A stretch of DNA of 64,000 bases from Gordius albopunctatus (lineage: Eukaryota): contig OZ193910.1 of the NCBI GenBank assembly GCA_964276515.1, positions 1,612,001 to 1,676,000 on the forward strand. Reading direction: 5' to 3'. Below the pieces are notes generated by a model. That model saw only the letters and a program-made list of their open reading frames with translations. It had not been told where the DNA came from and searched no databases. This document shows, one piece after another, positions 48,249 to 63,182 of the stretch; the stretch's first letter is position 1; every line of letters starts with the position of its first letter. Both the position numbers and the translations under genes were made by a program.

Positions 48249-50303
48249 ATGGCAATTTATGATATTTTACGATGATTTTATATTATAGCAGACGCGAAAA
48301 ATATTTCAAATATAAAAGCATCATTATGCCAGAAAATATCATTCGTTCTAATATTCTGAGTTTATCTTATAAACAAATAATGGATCATAGGTTAGGTATT
48401 AACTATTAGCAAGTTTTGCTTGCAGAATATTAAACTCAAAGATTGTCTAACAAAAAATGAAAAATAAAGTAATTAAGCAAAACCTCAAACGCCCTACTTT
48501 AAACAGAGGTCTATGCATATATAATCAGTGATACAATGGTGTGTATTTTAAAATCAGCTTAAATTAGAAATGAGATAGAAAGTGGTTTGTTTATATAAGG
48601 TTGCCAAACCTCCCCGGTTTAATTAAAAACGAAGGGTAAAGCCATTCCCTTTTTAAAGTTTTAAATTGGGCCCTTTTGTAAACTTTAAAAAGGTAAATAT
48701 GTGGGCGTAGCCATGATTGTTAGGGGGGGGGCAATAATGTTTTAAGGAAGGAGCAAATGATGAGTTTTTAAAACTTTAGCCTTAATTATATGATATTTTA
48801 AAGTATTTTTGCATTAAGAGGGGCTCATCCGCCTTTCCCTGCCATCCCCTGGCTATGCCCATGGATACTTATCTTACACAACTACAACAAACCCCACAAT
48901 TTAAAAAATTTAATATTATAACCAAATGCTAGTCTAAACTCACATTTGATTGATTGACAGCTCATATTTAACACGGCTGGCCTCTGTTATACTACATGTA
49001 CATCGGGTTAAAGTTGGGGTGTATAAAATAGGTTATCGTTAATAATAACATTAGCGCCATCTATAATATCTTTTATAAAAGCTATAAAGCATTAATATTT
49101 TTCAAGTTATGAAACATGCTGTGGCGTAACTAGCCTTTTTGCCTTGGGGAGCTGAGCTGGTCAAGCCATCGGGAGGGGACAAAAAAAAAATTAACTACAT
49201 AAACCCTTAAAAATTAAAAAAAATATGTTTTGCCCCCCCCCCCAATCCAAAGCCTGTATACAACCATGGATCAAACGCAAATGAAAAATTTTTCCCTCAT
49301 AAACATTGGAAAAACTTAAAATTCCGCTACTACTTTGTGTATTTTTTCTAATAACGCCACGCTGGTATGTCTCAGACCCTAATGTTTATAGGGCATAAAA
49401 TAAATAAAATTTATTGATAAATAAAACAAAGTAATGTAGTTGAAACAATATAAAAAATTTCACTTGGTATAATAAGTTTTTGTGTAAATGAATTGTAAGG
49501 GCACAAAGTGGAACGGGGATATTAACAAGAAATCGTTGCCATTTTAAAAATTAATACAAATAGTAAAAACTATACAACAAAATTTTTATCCCACCTAGCT
49601 ACGTCACTGGAATCATGCTGCATGCGATCGTGATTAAGGAATATTTTTTTAACTTTTTGTCATCGAATTCACTTCTAAAAGCGAAAGATTACGTGGATAT
49701 AGTTAAACAATAAAAAAGTCAAAAAATTTTGATTTAAAATTTTTTTTTCGTAATTAAGATGAACAACGACTATGAAAATATATAAAATATGTAAATTTCA
49801 AAAGCATATTTATTGTGGTTTGAATCCCGATACGAGTTTTTAAAGTTATAAATCGCACAAATATATCATAGAATCAATTTCAACTAAAAAATATTATTGT
49901 GTCAATTACCAAAATAGTTTTTATATCTAAATTTATATTTTTTTATGAAATTTAGTTGACTTTGTTAATTTAAAAATAAGTGAAAATAAAAAATATACAA
50001 ACAATTTAGTTTCTTTTTCGCGACAATTGTCACTACTTGCACATGACTTCTATTGACCTTTATGGAAAAACTAACCTTATACAGGAAATAAAAAGAAAAA
50101 CGTGAACTATTTCCATAAAAAATTACACATATTTTTATTTAATGTTGGAATTTTGTTTTTCCCCAAGCTTTCTCTATTATTATTAATAATGATAATAATA
50201 TAAAAAAAAATAATTTTAAATATATAATTTTGACCTTTTTAAAATATAGGTCATAATTCAAGAAATAATATACGAAATTAAAAAATTTCCTTTCCATTAT
50301 GAA

Positions 50304-53011
50304 ATGATGAAGATTATAAAAAAATATAAATTCAAAACTGACTCGCGATCTACAATAATCGGATTTTTTATGTTAATTATTACGATTTGCATGTATTTTT
50401 GGCAACATTCAATTCATCAAAAATCTCTCACAAATTCATCCGAGATTATGAAACTGGAAAAAAGCTTATTTACATTCAAAAAAAACAAAAGTAAAAATTA
50501 ATTTTATTTAAATATATATTACACATCAATTTGCCTAATGCAAAATTTTAATTTCATTTATAGGCAAACAAAAATGTATTTCTCAAGATGAAATTTTCAA
50601 ACATAAAAAAGTATTTATTCATTGTAATTACCATTTTAATAATTAAAAAAATGTTATTGAAACTTAGATAAGTGCAGAAGAGTTGCCAGATTATTTTAAG
50701 ACGAGAAATAATGAACTGAATAAAAGGTGTCGCACTTTATACGGGGCTAGTATGGGCCCGCAGATAGATTATGAAAACTTTGTGGCGGAACCCACAACTG
50801 GTCTTTTGTATTGCATGGTTTATAAAGTGGCCACTACAAATTGGCTTAAAATGCTTATGTTACTCAGTGAAACCCGTTCAAAATCAGAAGGATCGAATTC
50901 CAATATGTATGATCGATATGCGAAATCTATGGTAACTCCTAAACTCAGAATGCACACTAAAAAATCAAAGTCCAAGGCAATCCTCGATTATTTCGGCACG
51001 GCCAAAGCTCTCCAAAATGATCAGCAACTAGCAGATCGAATATCGATGCTGGATGCTCATTACAAAAATAATTTGTATGCGGGAAATGGGTATTGGTCCG
51101 AAAACAAATGTTTTACCAACATTTCAACGTCTTTCCTGACTTTCGCTTTCGTTCGTCATCCTTTCGAAAGATTGGTTTCCGCTTACCTAGATAAATTTAC
51201 ACTGGCAGCCGGTGAAATGAATCGGTTTTATCAATTACACCTCGGTACCTTCATAATAGCTCACTTTAGACCTAACGCCTCCCTATCATCTCGTGTTTTG
51301 TAAGTCTACACGGGCCGCCCGAGGCCCGACCCGGCCCGGCGGCCCTGAAAAGTTTTGGGCGGGGCTAAGGCTAAATTTGATAAAATAATAGGGCTTGGGT
51401 TTGGGCCGGAATTTTATCATATTTTGCCTAAAGCGATTTAAAAAGGCATTAAGCATTGCTTATGGATTTGAAAATTGGGCAACTTTCATTCATAATTATA
51501 TTGGGGAATTTAAACTGAGTATATCATAATTATTTGGAAAGGTTTGGTGAAAATATCAAAAAAATTTCCTTTTGCCCCTCCTTAAATCTTAATTGCCCTC
51601 TCTAGTTCCAATTCCAATCCTGGGTTAACACTCTATTCATCAGGCGAGTCAATGGTAGTTTTTTGAACAAAATTAAAACCACAAGATCTAAGCACGAAAT
51701 GCGTATATTCTATTTTAAATTATTATACAGGATTTTACAAAAATTTTATTTTTTTTAAATTCACGATCTTCAGGAGCCCCTTTATTCTCGAATTTACTAA
51801 TATTAGCCTAAGCAACGGATGTCATAAAAATGTTAGAATGCAATTAAACTAGAGCAAATATGCAAACATAGGGGTAGGGCATCTTTGAGTAAATAATAAC
51901 TAGAGCCGGGGCCTACTTCCTCTATTATTTAGATCATCCGAATTAAATACACATGCCAGAGTGCACATCCTCTAAAGGCGACATGTTACGTTTTAATATA
52001 AAAGGTGAATTTGAAAATAAGCCTAATCCTAGTGACAAATTAATGTTGTTTTTAAACTCCAATAATAACACTTGGTGAGGAATACAGGAGAATCCAAGGT
52101 AGGAACATGCACGGGTGACCCGAATCCCTTCGGGTTCCAATTGAAATTTTGAAATGCTTTCGGATCGGATCGTGCGGAGGTTAAAAACTTTCGAAATATT
52201 TCAAGTCAGGTTCGTGTTGAAATAAAGTTACTTTACAGTTCTCTAATCCAGGGTCCTTTACATTTTCAGAATCCAATAATGTTGAACTTTCATAAGAAAA
52301 AGAAGCAACTATTTCTAAATGTTTACAATGTTTAAACCGATCTCGCCTGTTTTGAAATTAAATAGTCACCATAGGCGAAGCCAGTGTTGGATTTATAGGG
52401 GACAAAAATGATTTAGGCAGGGGCAAAATAATAATTTTTAGTAATTTTATCCATGATTATATTAAAATTTGACAAATTTTCGGATTTAGAGAGGGGGGCA
52501 GCTGCCCCTTTCTGACACCCCCTCGCTAGGCCGGAAGTCACTATTATAAAATTTATATTTATAACCATCACCCAATTACAATTTGCACATAATTTATGAA
52601 TTTTTTAACAGGGGCCACGATGTCACATTTCCAGAATTCGTATCTTACATACTGTACGAACGCCACCTAACCTTGAAAGGTGACAAATTATGGAGGCCAT
52701 TCGTCGAACTATGTTCTCCTTGCAAAGCTCGTTTCGATATTTTGGGACATTTCGAAACTTTTACTTTCGACAAAAATTACATCTTACACAGAATAGCTCG
52801 ACGACATTCTAGGCTTAATTTTGGTAGGCTCCGGGCCCAATTTCCAACCCTAAGACATGATACTTTAGAGAGAAAAAGCCGTGCCAGTGGAAGGGTAGTT
52901 AAGAAATACATGAAACAATTGAGTAAAAAACAAGTTAGATCTTTAATTCAGCTCTATGCTCAAGATTTTTCTGTTTCGGGATACAACTACGCTCAATACT
53001 TACAACTTTAA
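50304..53011 (+). CDS. Golgi carbohydrate sulfotransferase (HNK-1ST/CHST8-14 family)
   Basis: Exons 50304-50490, 50564-50610, 50668-51299, 52612-53011; N-terminal TM anchor, 5'-PSB YCMVYKVATTNW, 3'-PB FAFVRHPFERLVSAY, WRP...CSPC, GHFET, LYAQDF. Confidence 0.9.
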
Positions 53012-54733
53012 AATGTCTCCTAGAATAACTTAGAGTCGTGAAACGTGAAGTTTTACAGCAATTTTTCATCTTCCTAAATCAAGTTTCAAACAAAAATTAA
53101 AATTAAATGGATCAGATTACAAAAAGTTACAACTCTTTAGAACGGAGCCCTGCAATCGTGCAATAAAATTTCGTGTTTAATAATTTGATTATAAATAAAG
53201 CATTAATTGAAATTACATTTTTTAAACTTTTTGTTTTAAAGTTTGATCTTAAATAAGAATTAGACTTATTCTTTTTAAATTTAAAATTTATATATGCAAA
53301 CAAATTAGGCCGAAATTAAAAAAAAATACATTCTTTCTTTCTCCATTTTCGTAATATAAAAAATTAGTCCTTTTTTAAAATAAATTTTAAGAATTTTTTT
53401 ACTAAATTTTAGCAAAAAATGCAATTAATTTATTTGAAATCTGACAACTTTTAAGAGTGATGAGGTGTCAAAATAAAAATTTAGGTATTATAGTTTCACT
53501 TTCAATTATAGGAACAATCGGTGGCAGTTATTGATTTCTTAAATGACCTTTTAATACACTCTCCATAAGCAGTATAGCTAGAGTAAGTGATCTTTTAAAA
53601 TTGATTTTTTCACCAAAAAAGAACAACAATTTAGAGGGTGTTAAAAAAAGGTGAATTTTATAGATTATTATATTTTAGTTTTTTTGCTTGTAATTAATAT
53701 TATTAAAAATAAATTAATTTGTTGTTAAGAATTCTTTTAAAAATTCATTTGATTTATTACGAATAATGCTATATTTTTTAAAATATTAATCTTAAACTTT
53801 AAGTATTATAAAGTAAAATATTCTTTTTTAGGTTGTTGATTTACTTTATGTATCTTCTAATCGGGTATTTAAGATTGACAAACAATATTAAATTTTCTCT
53901 CTAAATCAAGCTAGTTTGGATAAATAACACAATTTCAGTTCCTTTAAAACTCCAACTTAATAATTTTATCCTTCAATATTTATGAATTGTAAAACAATGG
54001 GGTTATTTTTAATTAAAAAGTGACTGTAATTTGGAGATTATTTTTTTATATTACAAGCCAAGATATTAATTATAATAATGTAGTGAAAGGCAAATAATAT
54101 TTTTCCACAAGTTTAATCCAAAATTTAATTAATTTTACAGGTTATTTAAATTTGGCCACGTCCTGTAGAAGTCCATACTCAAGTATAATGTTCATTTAGA
54201 TGAGTGTTTTTCAAATTTTAGCCCCATAATTTTAATAAATTTCAACAAATTTTTAGATTTAAAGGGGGGGGGGCAGATTTTCAAATATATCCTGCCAAAC
54301 CATATATATTTTTTTAACGCTAAACAAAGATTCGACGCTACTAACTTATACTTTTTGGAAACTTAAATAAATATCCAGAGATAACGGTCAATTTTATTGA
54401 TCACTTTTAACGAGACACAAAATATAAATAGATATGTCACATATAAATAATAAAATAGTAGTACGCATCAATAAAAAATTTGTGAGTTGTCCATATTTTA
54501 CAAATAGTCTCATCCGTATTGCCATTCCGTGATTCAATTCATGCGGGTCGGTCCCCAATAAATATTTTCAGGGTAAATAATGAAGAAACAGAGATCTTTT
54601 GGTAACGCATTTTATTTTTTGACAAAATTTTAGATAACAATCGTAATCGACACGGGCTTAGTCAGCCCTGGAATTAGAGAGGGGGCAGCCGCCCCTCCTT
54701 GCCCCCCTCCCTTGGCTACGCCCGTGGTTATCA

Positions 54734-55447
54734 TTAAAAATCGAATAATTTTAAACTTTCCACTGGCGAATTTGCGATTAATGGTGGGGATGATGAGGGA
54801 CTTGTTAATGTATGATGATGTTGAGAATATTTCGAAAAATCCAACATGGAATATGATGCCGAAGTGGTAGCGTTTTTTGACGCCCCTATTTGGTAGCCCC
54901 GAGCGTCAAGCGGTTCGTAGTTATTACGATTTGAGGACGTCGGATAAAAATGATAGGTAACGCCGCTATTGGAATACCTGTATTGATCTTTACCCGGGCA
55001 GGGTGCTGATACAGTCGTAGGATCGCTAGAAATTGGGGGAACGTTGTAAGTTTTAAGTAGAGCGTCTTCTTCCTTTATAATGTACTGACCTTTTTTCCCG
55101 TTAATCGAGCAGGGAGATGGGCAAGAAGCGTTAAGGGCAGCGCTACGCTTCTCCTCTAGCGCCACGATTTCGCGCTTGAGCGCCTTCGCAGCGTTGTATA
55201 TGAGTACGCAGCGTCTCAGCTTGATTTCTGGATCCGTGATTTGGCCGAGTTTGGTGAGGGAAAGCTTGAGTAGCTTACTCTTGAGCGTAACCGCTGCCGA
55301 CGTTAAACTCATAAATTTTTTACGCTTCATCCGATACGTGCTATTTATACCAGGTGGGGAATGAATGGTATTACTAAGCGTTGTTGCTGCTGCTGTAGTA
55401 GTAGCAGCGTTTAAATTTGAAGTAGTGCTTTCGTCGTAATTAGCCAT
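54734..55447 (-). CDS. SERTA-domain protein (SERTAD/CDCA4/Taranis-like)
   Basis: 237-aa single-exon ORF with the SERTA signature LSL.KL....DPE..LRR.VLI.N. Confidence 0.85.
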   Translation of the reverse strand: MANYDESTTSNLNAATTTAAATTLSNTIHSPPGINSTYRMKRKKFMSLTSAAVTLKSKLLKLSLTKLGQITDPEIKLRRCVLIYNAAKALKREIVALEEKRSAALNASCPSPCSINGKKGQYIIKEEDALLKTYNVPPISSDPTTVSAPCPGKDQYRYSNSGVTYHFYPTSSNRNNYEPLDARGYQIGASKNATTSASYSMLDFSKYSQHHHTLTSPSSSPPLIANSPVESLKLFDF

Positions 55448-58400
55448 TAACTATACTACGCGACAACAATATGATATTATTAACTTTCTCTCGTAGAGTA
55501 TTCAAAATAGATTTTGGAGACGATCAACGTAATGTGTGGGGGTGGGGGCATAGTGTGCCAAATTGGCAACGCGACACTAACACTGAGAACGAGCGCGCAG
55601 AGGCTGCTTGATAAAGTTATCAATAATATAATTTGTCCTCTCCACGCTCTAACAAAGTGTCGTAACCAGGGCGACGCGCGTTACGAAAAGTCCCATTGAA
55701 TATTGATGCGGGAGGGACTCCGAAGGGAAGCCAGGTTTTGTGACGTTATTAAAAAATCAATGCCTCTACCCCCATCCCACGACCGACCCCTATCAAATCC
55801 ACACCACTATATATCTCTATCGATGATTTCTCGATTCAATGCTGCCCAACCCAAGAAATTATTATATATTTAAGTAAGTTGGTAGGTGGTGGTGCCTTTG
55901 TTTGTAAGTGCGCTGAACATTATGATAGGGATGGGAGTGTTGCTTCTATTATTTTATTAATACATTTTTATTGGTTTACTACACGTACACGTACACACAC
56001 ACTTTGATGAGCTTCTCCCCTACCGCCGCCGCCGCCGCCCCCCCCCTTCCCCCCGCTTTGATGCAGCTAGGCTAGCAGTCAGTATGGTGTGTGGAGCTGG
56101 AGAAGAGTGAATATGATGCCCGCGTTTGCTATAGTCCTCATCTCATCATAGTAGAATAATAGTGAATCTGGTGCAAAATGTAATATTCGCGTATTTTAGA
56201 AATTGAGACCCGTCGTCACGCATATTCATACGCATGTAATATGTACTAAAAAAGTAGGTAATAAAAGGATACTATGATTGTTAATTGAAACAAAATGAGT
56301 TATATCAAAATGTATAATACTATTTTATATCAAATAAATACATATTATCAAATAAATCACTGAATCTAACCCTTGCCTATATTACATTTTGCACAGAAGT
56401 GATAATAGTGAGAAGTGTGCTACAACACAACAACATGCATATAACACCGATTTAAAATAAAAGACGGGGTCGATATTTATAAACGGGGGGCGGGGCGGGC
56501 GGTTTAGTGATATAGTCACGTGTTATACCCCCCCCCCCCTATGATTTGTGGGGGGTTGTTTGACGACACACAAATAGACCGATGTCATCTCATCATCGGT
56601 GTAACTTAGTAAAAAAAGTCATACATCTAACTACAACTACACTTCATACAATACAAAACACACAAGTTTTATCAACCCCTTGCTTCCTAAAAGACATATA
56701 CCATATCGGGAGAGAGAACGAGTTCACTACTTAGACTTACTATATATACATAACATACAATAATACTATGTTATGTATTGTTGTTGTTGGTTAGTTTTAA
56801 TACTTCAGGTTGGCTCTCCTCAGGCAATGCCAGATTGCAAATTTTATGTAAAGAAGAAAGGCGGCATCTTACGTGATTTTAAAATGGGTGTTGAATCATA
56901 TAGCTGCTATCACATCTTTATTGATTTTTAACAAGATTTTTTCATTTATTTACACAAGCCCAAGGGCTAAAGTCGTGTAGTCAAATGTATAGAAATATTT
57001 CAGTTTTTGAGTTATAGGTATGGTTGAATTGAAGAAAACATAATATAAGTGATTTTTTGCGGGTGGGAGGAGATCTAGAAACCCTGCGCGAAGCCAGCAT
57101 TGGAATTAGAGGGGGGGGCAATATTGTTTTAAGGAGGGGCGAAATGATGATTTTTTGAAATTTTTGCCCCATAATTTTAATATATTTCAACACATTTTAG
57201 GATTTAGAGGGGGGCAGCCGCCCCTCCATGCCCCCCCCCCCCCCTTGGCTACGCCCATGATAGAAACACCCTGGATTCTTAAAGTGTAATTTGGTGAAAC
57301 TTGACTGCAAATTTTTTACATAAAATGCACAATTCAGACAATTTAAAAAAAATTGATTTTCCGTTGAAATTTAAAATGTGGCCCCATCCCCTAATCGGAT
57401 ATATAATATCGAATTAAGTAATGGTAATTAGCGTGATTATTGAAAGCTAAGAGCAAATTATGCGCGTCACAATTCCAAATCCCTAGTATCATCATACTAC
57501 ACTAGGTAAAAGACTTTGTCGCGCTTCGAAATATAAAATCAATAATTACGATCGGGATGAAGGTGAGAAATTTAGGTGGGTAAGGGCAACTAACCAAGGG
57601 GGCAAGGAGGAACTATTGCCCCCCCCCCCATACTTCAAAACTTCTACAATAAAGTCAAATATTGTTTAAAAGAAAAATATTATATTTGCCCGCTTTTTAA
57701 CCTGCCCCCCCCTCCAGTACTGATGTCCTCCTGTCCTCAGCTATGTCAACGCATTAAGCACTTGTGCCACTAAACTAGCACGAGAGGGGCCAGGGTTAGT
57801 TTAGATGACTTTATCGATTTATGCATGTGATGGAGAGAAGAATGAAAATTCTACTAGTAGTGGTAATCGGTATTACTAGAAATCAAGGCATCTCTTAGAT
57901 ACCATTTAAATAATGGATTCCTAGGAGGGTGGTCAGGGGGGGGGCAAGAAGGGGCGGCTGCCCCTATTAAATTTATTTATGATATTTAATGAAATCATTT
58001 TTAGATAAACAACAAATTATCAATTTGCCCTCCCCAGTCCCCAAATCTTGACTATTATGACCCAAATTGGATGTTTTGTTATGTTAGCCGGTAGTGTACA
58101 CAATTAGGTAGATAAATTTGCTGACTTAGGATTTTAATTGCCATAAAAAATCATTAAAATATTTTTAAATTTTCATCAATATTCTTGAAGATGTAATGCT
58201 CAGATAAAAAAATAGAATATTTAAAGAAAAAGGAACTAAAGCAGTTCTAGGAATTAGTTTTGAGAACGAATAGGTTTAAAGTCAGCCCCTGACCCTACAA
58301 CACTACATTCAAAGTTTTATAGGCATTTTTTGCGTACTTTTATCCTAAGTTATCGAAAAATTAAGTAATTTTAACATTTTTCTTTAAATATTAGAGGAAA

Positions 58401-61400
58401 AAATTGAAAAAGGTTCACCGCCCCCCCCCCCCTAAATATAAGAAAAAAATACAATTTTAGCGATTAATTTGATCGTATCAAATAAATTTTACAAAAATCA
58501 ATAAAAAGAAGGGGGAGTGAGTGGGAAACGATGTTAAAACAATCTAACGAGAGTGGTTTTTATTTTATTTATAAAAATGTTTTTTTTTCTCGGTTTTTAA
58601 AAAGCACATTTCGATCGACCTTGATAGATGCATTGCCAAAAGCGCGTATTTCGTTGCGCTGCCAATTGTATGGTTATTTAACCAAGAATCCTTTAATTTA
58701 CCTGCTTTTTGTCGATGAGGGTAAATTAGAAAATATTTTATCTGATTACATTTGTATAGTTGATTTTAATGAAAATGTCCACTTTTTCTATCTGAATAAA
58801 TCTGTAGGCTCTTGATTTAAACAAATTTTGATTGAAAAACATTATAAAATGGGAAAATTGTCATTTTTATTTGCATTAAGATGAGCCTAAGCATTTGCTA
58901 AAATCCTTTTATATGATTTAAACATATATGTTTTTTACGGTGAAACAATCAATGTTTTAATGCAAGTATCCAAAAAGTAATTTATAAAAAATAGTTAATA
59001 AAAGTTGAAATAATATCCCGAGGGAATTAGAAGGTCGATCTTATATTATACAGTAAGATGTCAAAAAATATAAACCTTCATTATGCTACTTGTATTATAT
59101 AAAATCAATTGAATTTTTCTATAAATTTATCGGAGTTATAGTTTGTAAATTAAGAAAAATATATATAAGGATGATTTGTTTTATATATCGCAAGAAAATA
59201 AGTAATATTTAAACTGTTAAATTTTTGAGTAATTTGTTATAAATATTTAAACTGATAAATTTTTGATTAATTTGTAGCAAAATTAGTTTTTTTACGGCCA
59301 TGAAGACATTTTATTAAAATATTTACGTACCCTTGTAAGTTATATACATACTCCATAATACTCACATTCCCCTAAAATTATATTTAATATACTCCCATTT
59401 TTGTAATAAAAATTTATTTCACAATCAAAAATCAAATTAAACACAGCAACTTATTTTTTTACAAACCAAATTTATCTATAATAAAATATAGTAGTTTAAT
59501 AATAATTATTTAAACATATTTTCTGCGTCATGACTTTAACAGTTCAACTTCTTAGTATCTCTCCATTATAAATTGTCTTCTTACTAATAACCCTGGTGTA
59601 TGAACATAAAGGTTTATTAACTTATACAGGTGGTGTTCAGTCAAGCAGATGTACATTTATAACGGTCATTTATATATACAACGATATGGATTTGAGGCAG
59701 GGAGGGGCGGCTGCCCCCCTCTAAATCCAAAAATGTGTTGAAATTAATTAAAATGATGGCTAAAATTTCAAAAAATGTTCATTTTGCCCCATCCTAAATC
59801 ATTTTTGCCCCCCCCCCCCACGATTCCAATGCTGGCTACTCTCATGATGGTTGATATTTCACCAAATAAATATACATAAACATGCCTTTGATAGCAATTA
59901 TTATTAAGACTTTGACAAAAACTGGTATTTTATCAAACGTTTCAATTCTTTTATTTACTGACATTACAAATTCTATACCTATTTAAACCCCAAAAAATAT
60001 AACCAATAACAATGATCCCTTATAAAGCAACAACCTAGACAAATTGCCAAAAAAAACTTATATATAAAGGTCGGCAACTGGGGACAAAAATAATATTGGA
60101 TTTTAGGATCGGGCGAGGTCGAAAAAATGAAAGCCAATCGGCGGTCATTAGCTAGTCTATTTGCGAAAGCAAAATTAATATCTTTTACGGAAGCATAAGT
60201 CCACAGCCATTGAAAACCTGAATAATTTGCCACATCAAGTTTTGAAAAATTACAAGAAAAACGAACCCATAAATTGCGTAGCAATTAATATTTTAGCCAA
60301 GAGGGGGGGGCAATAATGATTTAGGGAGGGGCAATATGAAAATTTTTTGAAGTTTTAGCCATATTTTTAATGAATTTCAACAAATTTTTGAATTTAAAGC
60401 CCATCTGCTAAGCCCATGACTTTAGTATTTTTAAAACTTATTTCAAAAAATTATTAACAAATTCATAAACGGGACCATTTTTTGTCGATTTCCTTGCCAA
60501 AAGCATGGTGGTAAAAAACTATGAGCGCGCGCGCGCGACTGTAAATTTAAGTGCGTGGAGACAAAGGCAGCTCTTTGAGGTTTGTTCAAAAGGGGGGAGA
60601 GTAGAGAGAGCGAAGACATGTCATTTATGCATTATTTATGCCAAGGACGTCTTCTTCAGCTTCTTCCACTTTCAACTAATCCCTTTCTTCTTAACCTACT
60701 AACTAACCAATAATATGCTATAGGTTACATGGGCGTAACCAAGCGGAGGGGCAGGAAGGCGCGGCTGCCCCCCCCCTCTTAATCCAAAAAAATGTTAAAC
60801 TTTATTAAAATTATGGGGCTAAAATTTCAAAAAAGGATCATTTTGCCCCTCCCTAAGTCATTATTGCCCCCCCCCTCTAATCCCAATGCTGGCTACACCC
60901 ATACCCTCGTTGACTTATCTTTTGACTAATATATTTACAGCATAGAATTCAGGGTAGAAAATAATAAACACTTGACATCATACCTGATAGGAGATGCGTC
61001 CTGATAAAAAAGGTGACACTGCATTACCCCAAATAATGAACCTTTGGTCTGTATATGTTTAGTCGACTAAAAACCAAAGGGTGACCAAACGGAACCCACC
61101 CGTTTTTACAACACTAGTGTATGGAGGGAGGTGTCCGTGGCGGTTAAAAAAAATTAGCCATTTGTCAAACTTAATAATCGGCTATTCCAATCCAATTTTT
61201 AATATTTCAATATTCACTTGAATTCTTACATTTTTAAGTCGATATCAATATTTTGTTCAAAAATCTTAGATCTTGGCTCTTTCGTTTACCCTCGACTAAC
61301 ACATGAGCAGGCGAAATTAGAGACCCGCCACGGGCCTCTTTAAGTCAATCTACCCGCCCGTTACATTACACCTAAATTTTTATTTTGCATCTCTTAATAT

Positions 61401-62270
61401 TCATTTTGATTTTTCATTAAAGAAACAATATATATGTCACAGATGTTAATTATAATCCTGTAAAAAATATACTTATCTAAATATTAAATTAGCCTATTCC
61501 AAGGTTTATAGATTTTCGAAGGAATGATTGGAGGAGTGTATCACGTCTATATATATGGTCTCCAATTAACACTTATTGATTTGAAATGCGCGTTGAAATA
61601 CTGATGAATCAATGAGCAAGGAGAAATATATATTGTTTTGTTAATTTAATAAGCATTACATAAAATTAATATAAAACATCATAAAAAACACACCGTTGTT
61701 TATACTTTATAATAAACAAAAAATCCATAGTGTTGCAAAAAGGGCTGAGCGCTGTTTGGTAGACTTTTCGATTAATAGAATAACGTTTTTTGGTCTACTT
61801 TTCTTAGTAGACCACTCGGCTAAGTCGAAATGTGAAAAATGGACCGAATTCGACCCTTAGTCTTAAACAAACCAAAGGACGACCAAAATGACCTGTAACG
61901 GCCTGAGCACTTTGTTATATTACAGCCTGCGCCCGGCCCGTTGTTTCCTTCCTTCAAAGTAAAAGATTGCGGGTAATTTGGCTCGTGCAGGTCTCGGAGC
62001 GAGATTCTACAGTGAAAAATGCATCTAGTTAAATAACAAAGAAACGATGTAATTCAAGAACAATGTTAAACTTTGGCAAATAAATAAGTCAAACACGTAA
62101 ATCAATTATCATTACTAATCTATATTAATGAAACTTGGCTTGTATTTGTATTGCACCTTCATATTCTATTTTAAAAGTTGAGAAATCTCTTCTCAGTCTA
62201 AAACACAAGGGACGGAAATTATTTGTATAAATCGTTTTCTATCTAAATTAAATCTCAAGTTATTTAAGGT

Positions 62271-63040
62271 TATTCTTCTTCTTTATCAGTTATTCGGTCC
62301 CACATTCGTGTGGTTTGTTTTGATAAGTTTCTTCCATCTTGACCGGGTGAGTGCCATTGACGAATCTCTTTAGTTTTCATGACTTTATCGAGTTGCCCTT
62401 TCCACGTGACACGGGGTCGTCCTCTTCCTCTCTTCCCCAGCTCCATGCCCAGTACTTTTCAATTTACGTCATCCATATCCCTTCTAAGTATATGCCCCCC
62501 ATACCACCTTAGCCGATTTTCGTTAATCATGTCCGCCATAGGTTGTTGAATACCCATTTTTGTCATGAGAAAGTCATTCGTCATATGGTCGAGCTTAGTA
62601 TACCCCAAGCTCCACCCTATCATTCTCATCTCTGTGGCTTGTAATAGCTTTCCTTCCGTGGTGTTTAATGCCCATGTTTCACTTCCATAGAATAACACCG
62701 GTCTTACGATGGATTTGTAAGCTTTGCTTTTTAACCATATTGACATTTTCTTGTCGCACATTACACCGGATATATATCGCCATTTAAGCCATCCTTTTTG
62801 GATCTGCGCATTGACTTCCGTTGCGCAACCTCCCGAGTCCCGATGTAGCATCGAGCCGGGTATGTAAATCTTTCTACTTTTGGGTACTTTAGATGGTCAT
62901 CCAGCGATGGGGTGCCTTTACCGTGTATACCGTTTTTAAATCTTTGACTTTTAAACCATATCCAGCTAAGCGCTTTGACCACTTTTCGTCTTCTTCGAAT
63001 ACTTTCTCCCTTGTTTCCTCGCACCACAGTACCATATCAT
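62271..63040 (-). mobile_element. RTE-type LINE 3' fragment
   Basis: Broken frames DDMVLW..GYGLKV, WLKWRYISGVMCDKKM, YKSIVRPVLFYGSETW, RLRWYG.HILRR, RGRGRPR; (GAA)n 3' tail near 62274-62282. Confidence 0.85.
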
Positions 63041-63115
63041 TAGAGCTGTTAAAGTTCATCTTAATTATAAACTAGTTCAAGTTCAGTCGATCTTGCCAAA
63101 TTAGTACAAGAGGAT

Positions 63116-63175
63116 CCAGACTTAAGTTCTGGCCTTCAAATGAGGTCGTGGGTTCAGATCCCACTTCTGACACCA
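63116..63175 (+). pseudogene. 3' 60-nt copy of mature tRNA-Leu(TAA) including CCA (extended primer-binding site)
   Basis: Anticodon arm CCAGA-CTTAAGT-TCTGG, long variable arm, T arm GTGGG-TTCAGAT-CCCAC, acceptor strand TTCTGAC-A-CCA; D arm and 5' acceptor strand absent. Confidence 0.9.
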
Positions 63176-63182
63176 CTTATTT

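Noticed and set aside
58531..60702. ORFs at 58531-58815, 59979-60284 and 60505-60702
   Set aside because: AT-rich, low-information translations without recognisable motifs or splice support.
63116..63175. Functional tRNA-Leu gene, or a functional link to the LeuRS gene in the same window
   Set aside because: 5' third (A box, D arm) is missing and CCA is encoded; it lies 54 kb from LARS1 inside nested transposons, so co-occurrence looks coincidental.
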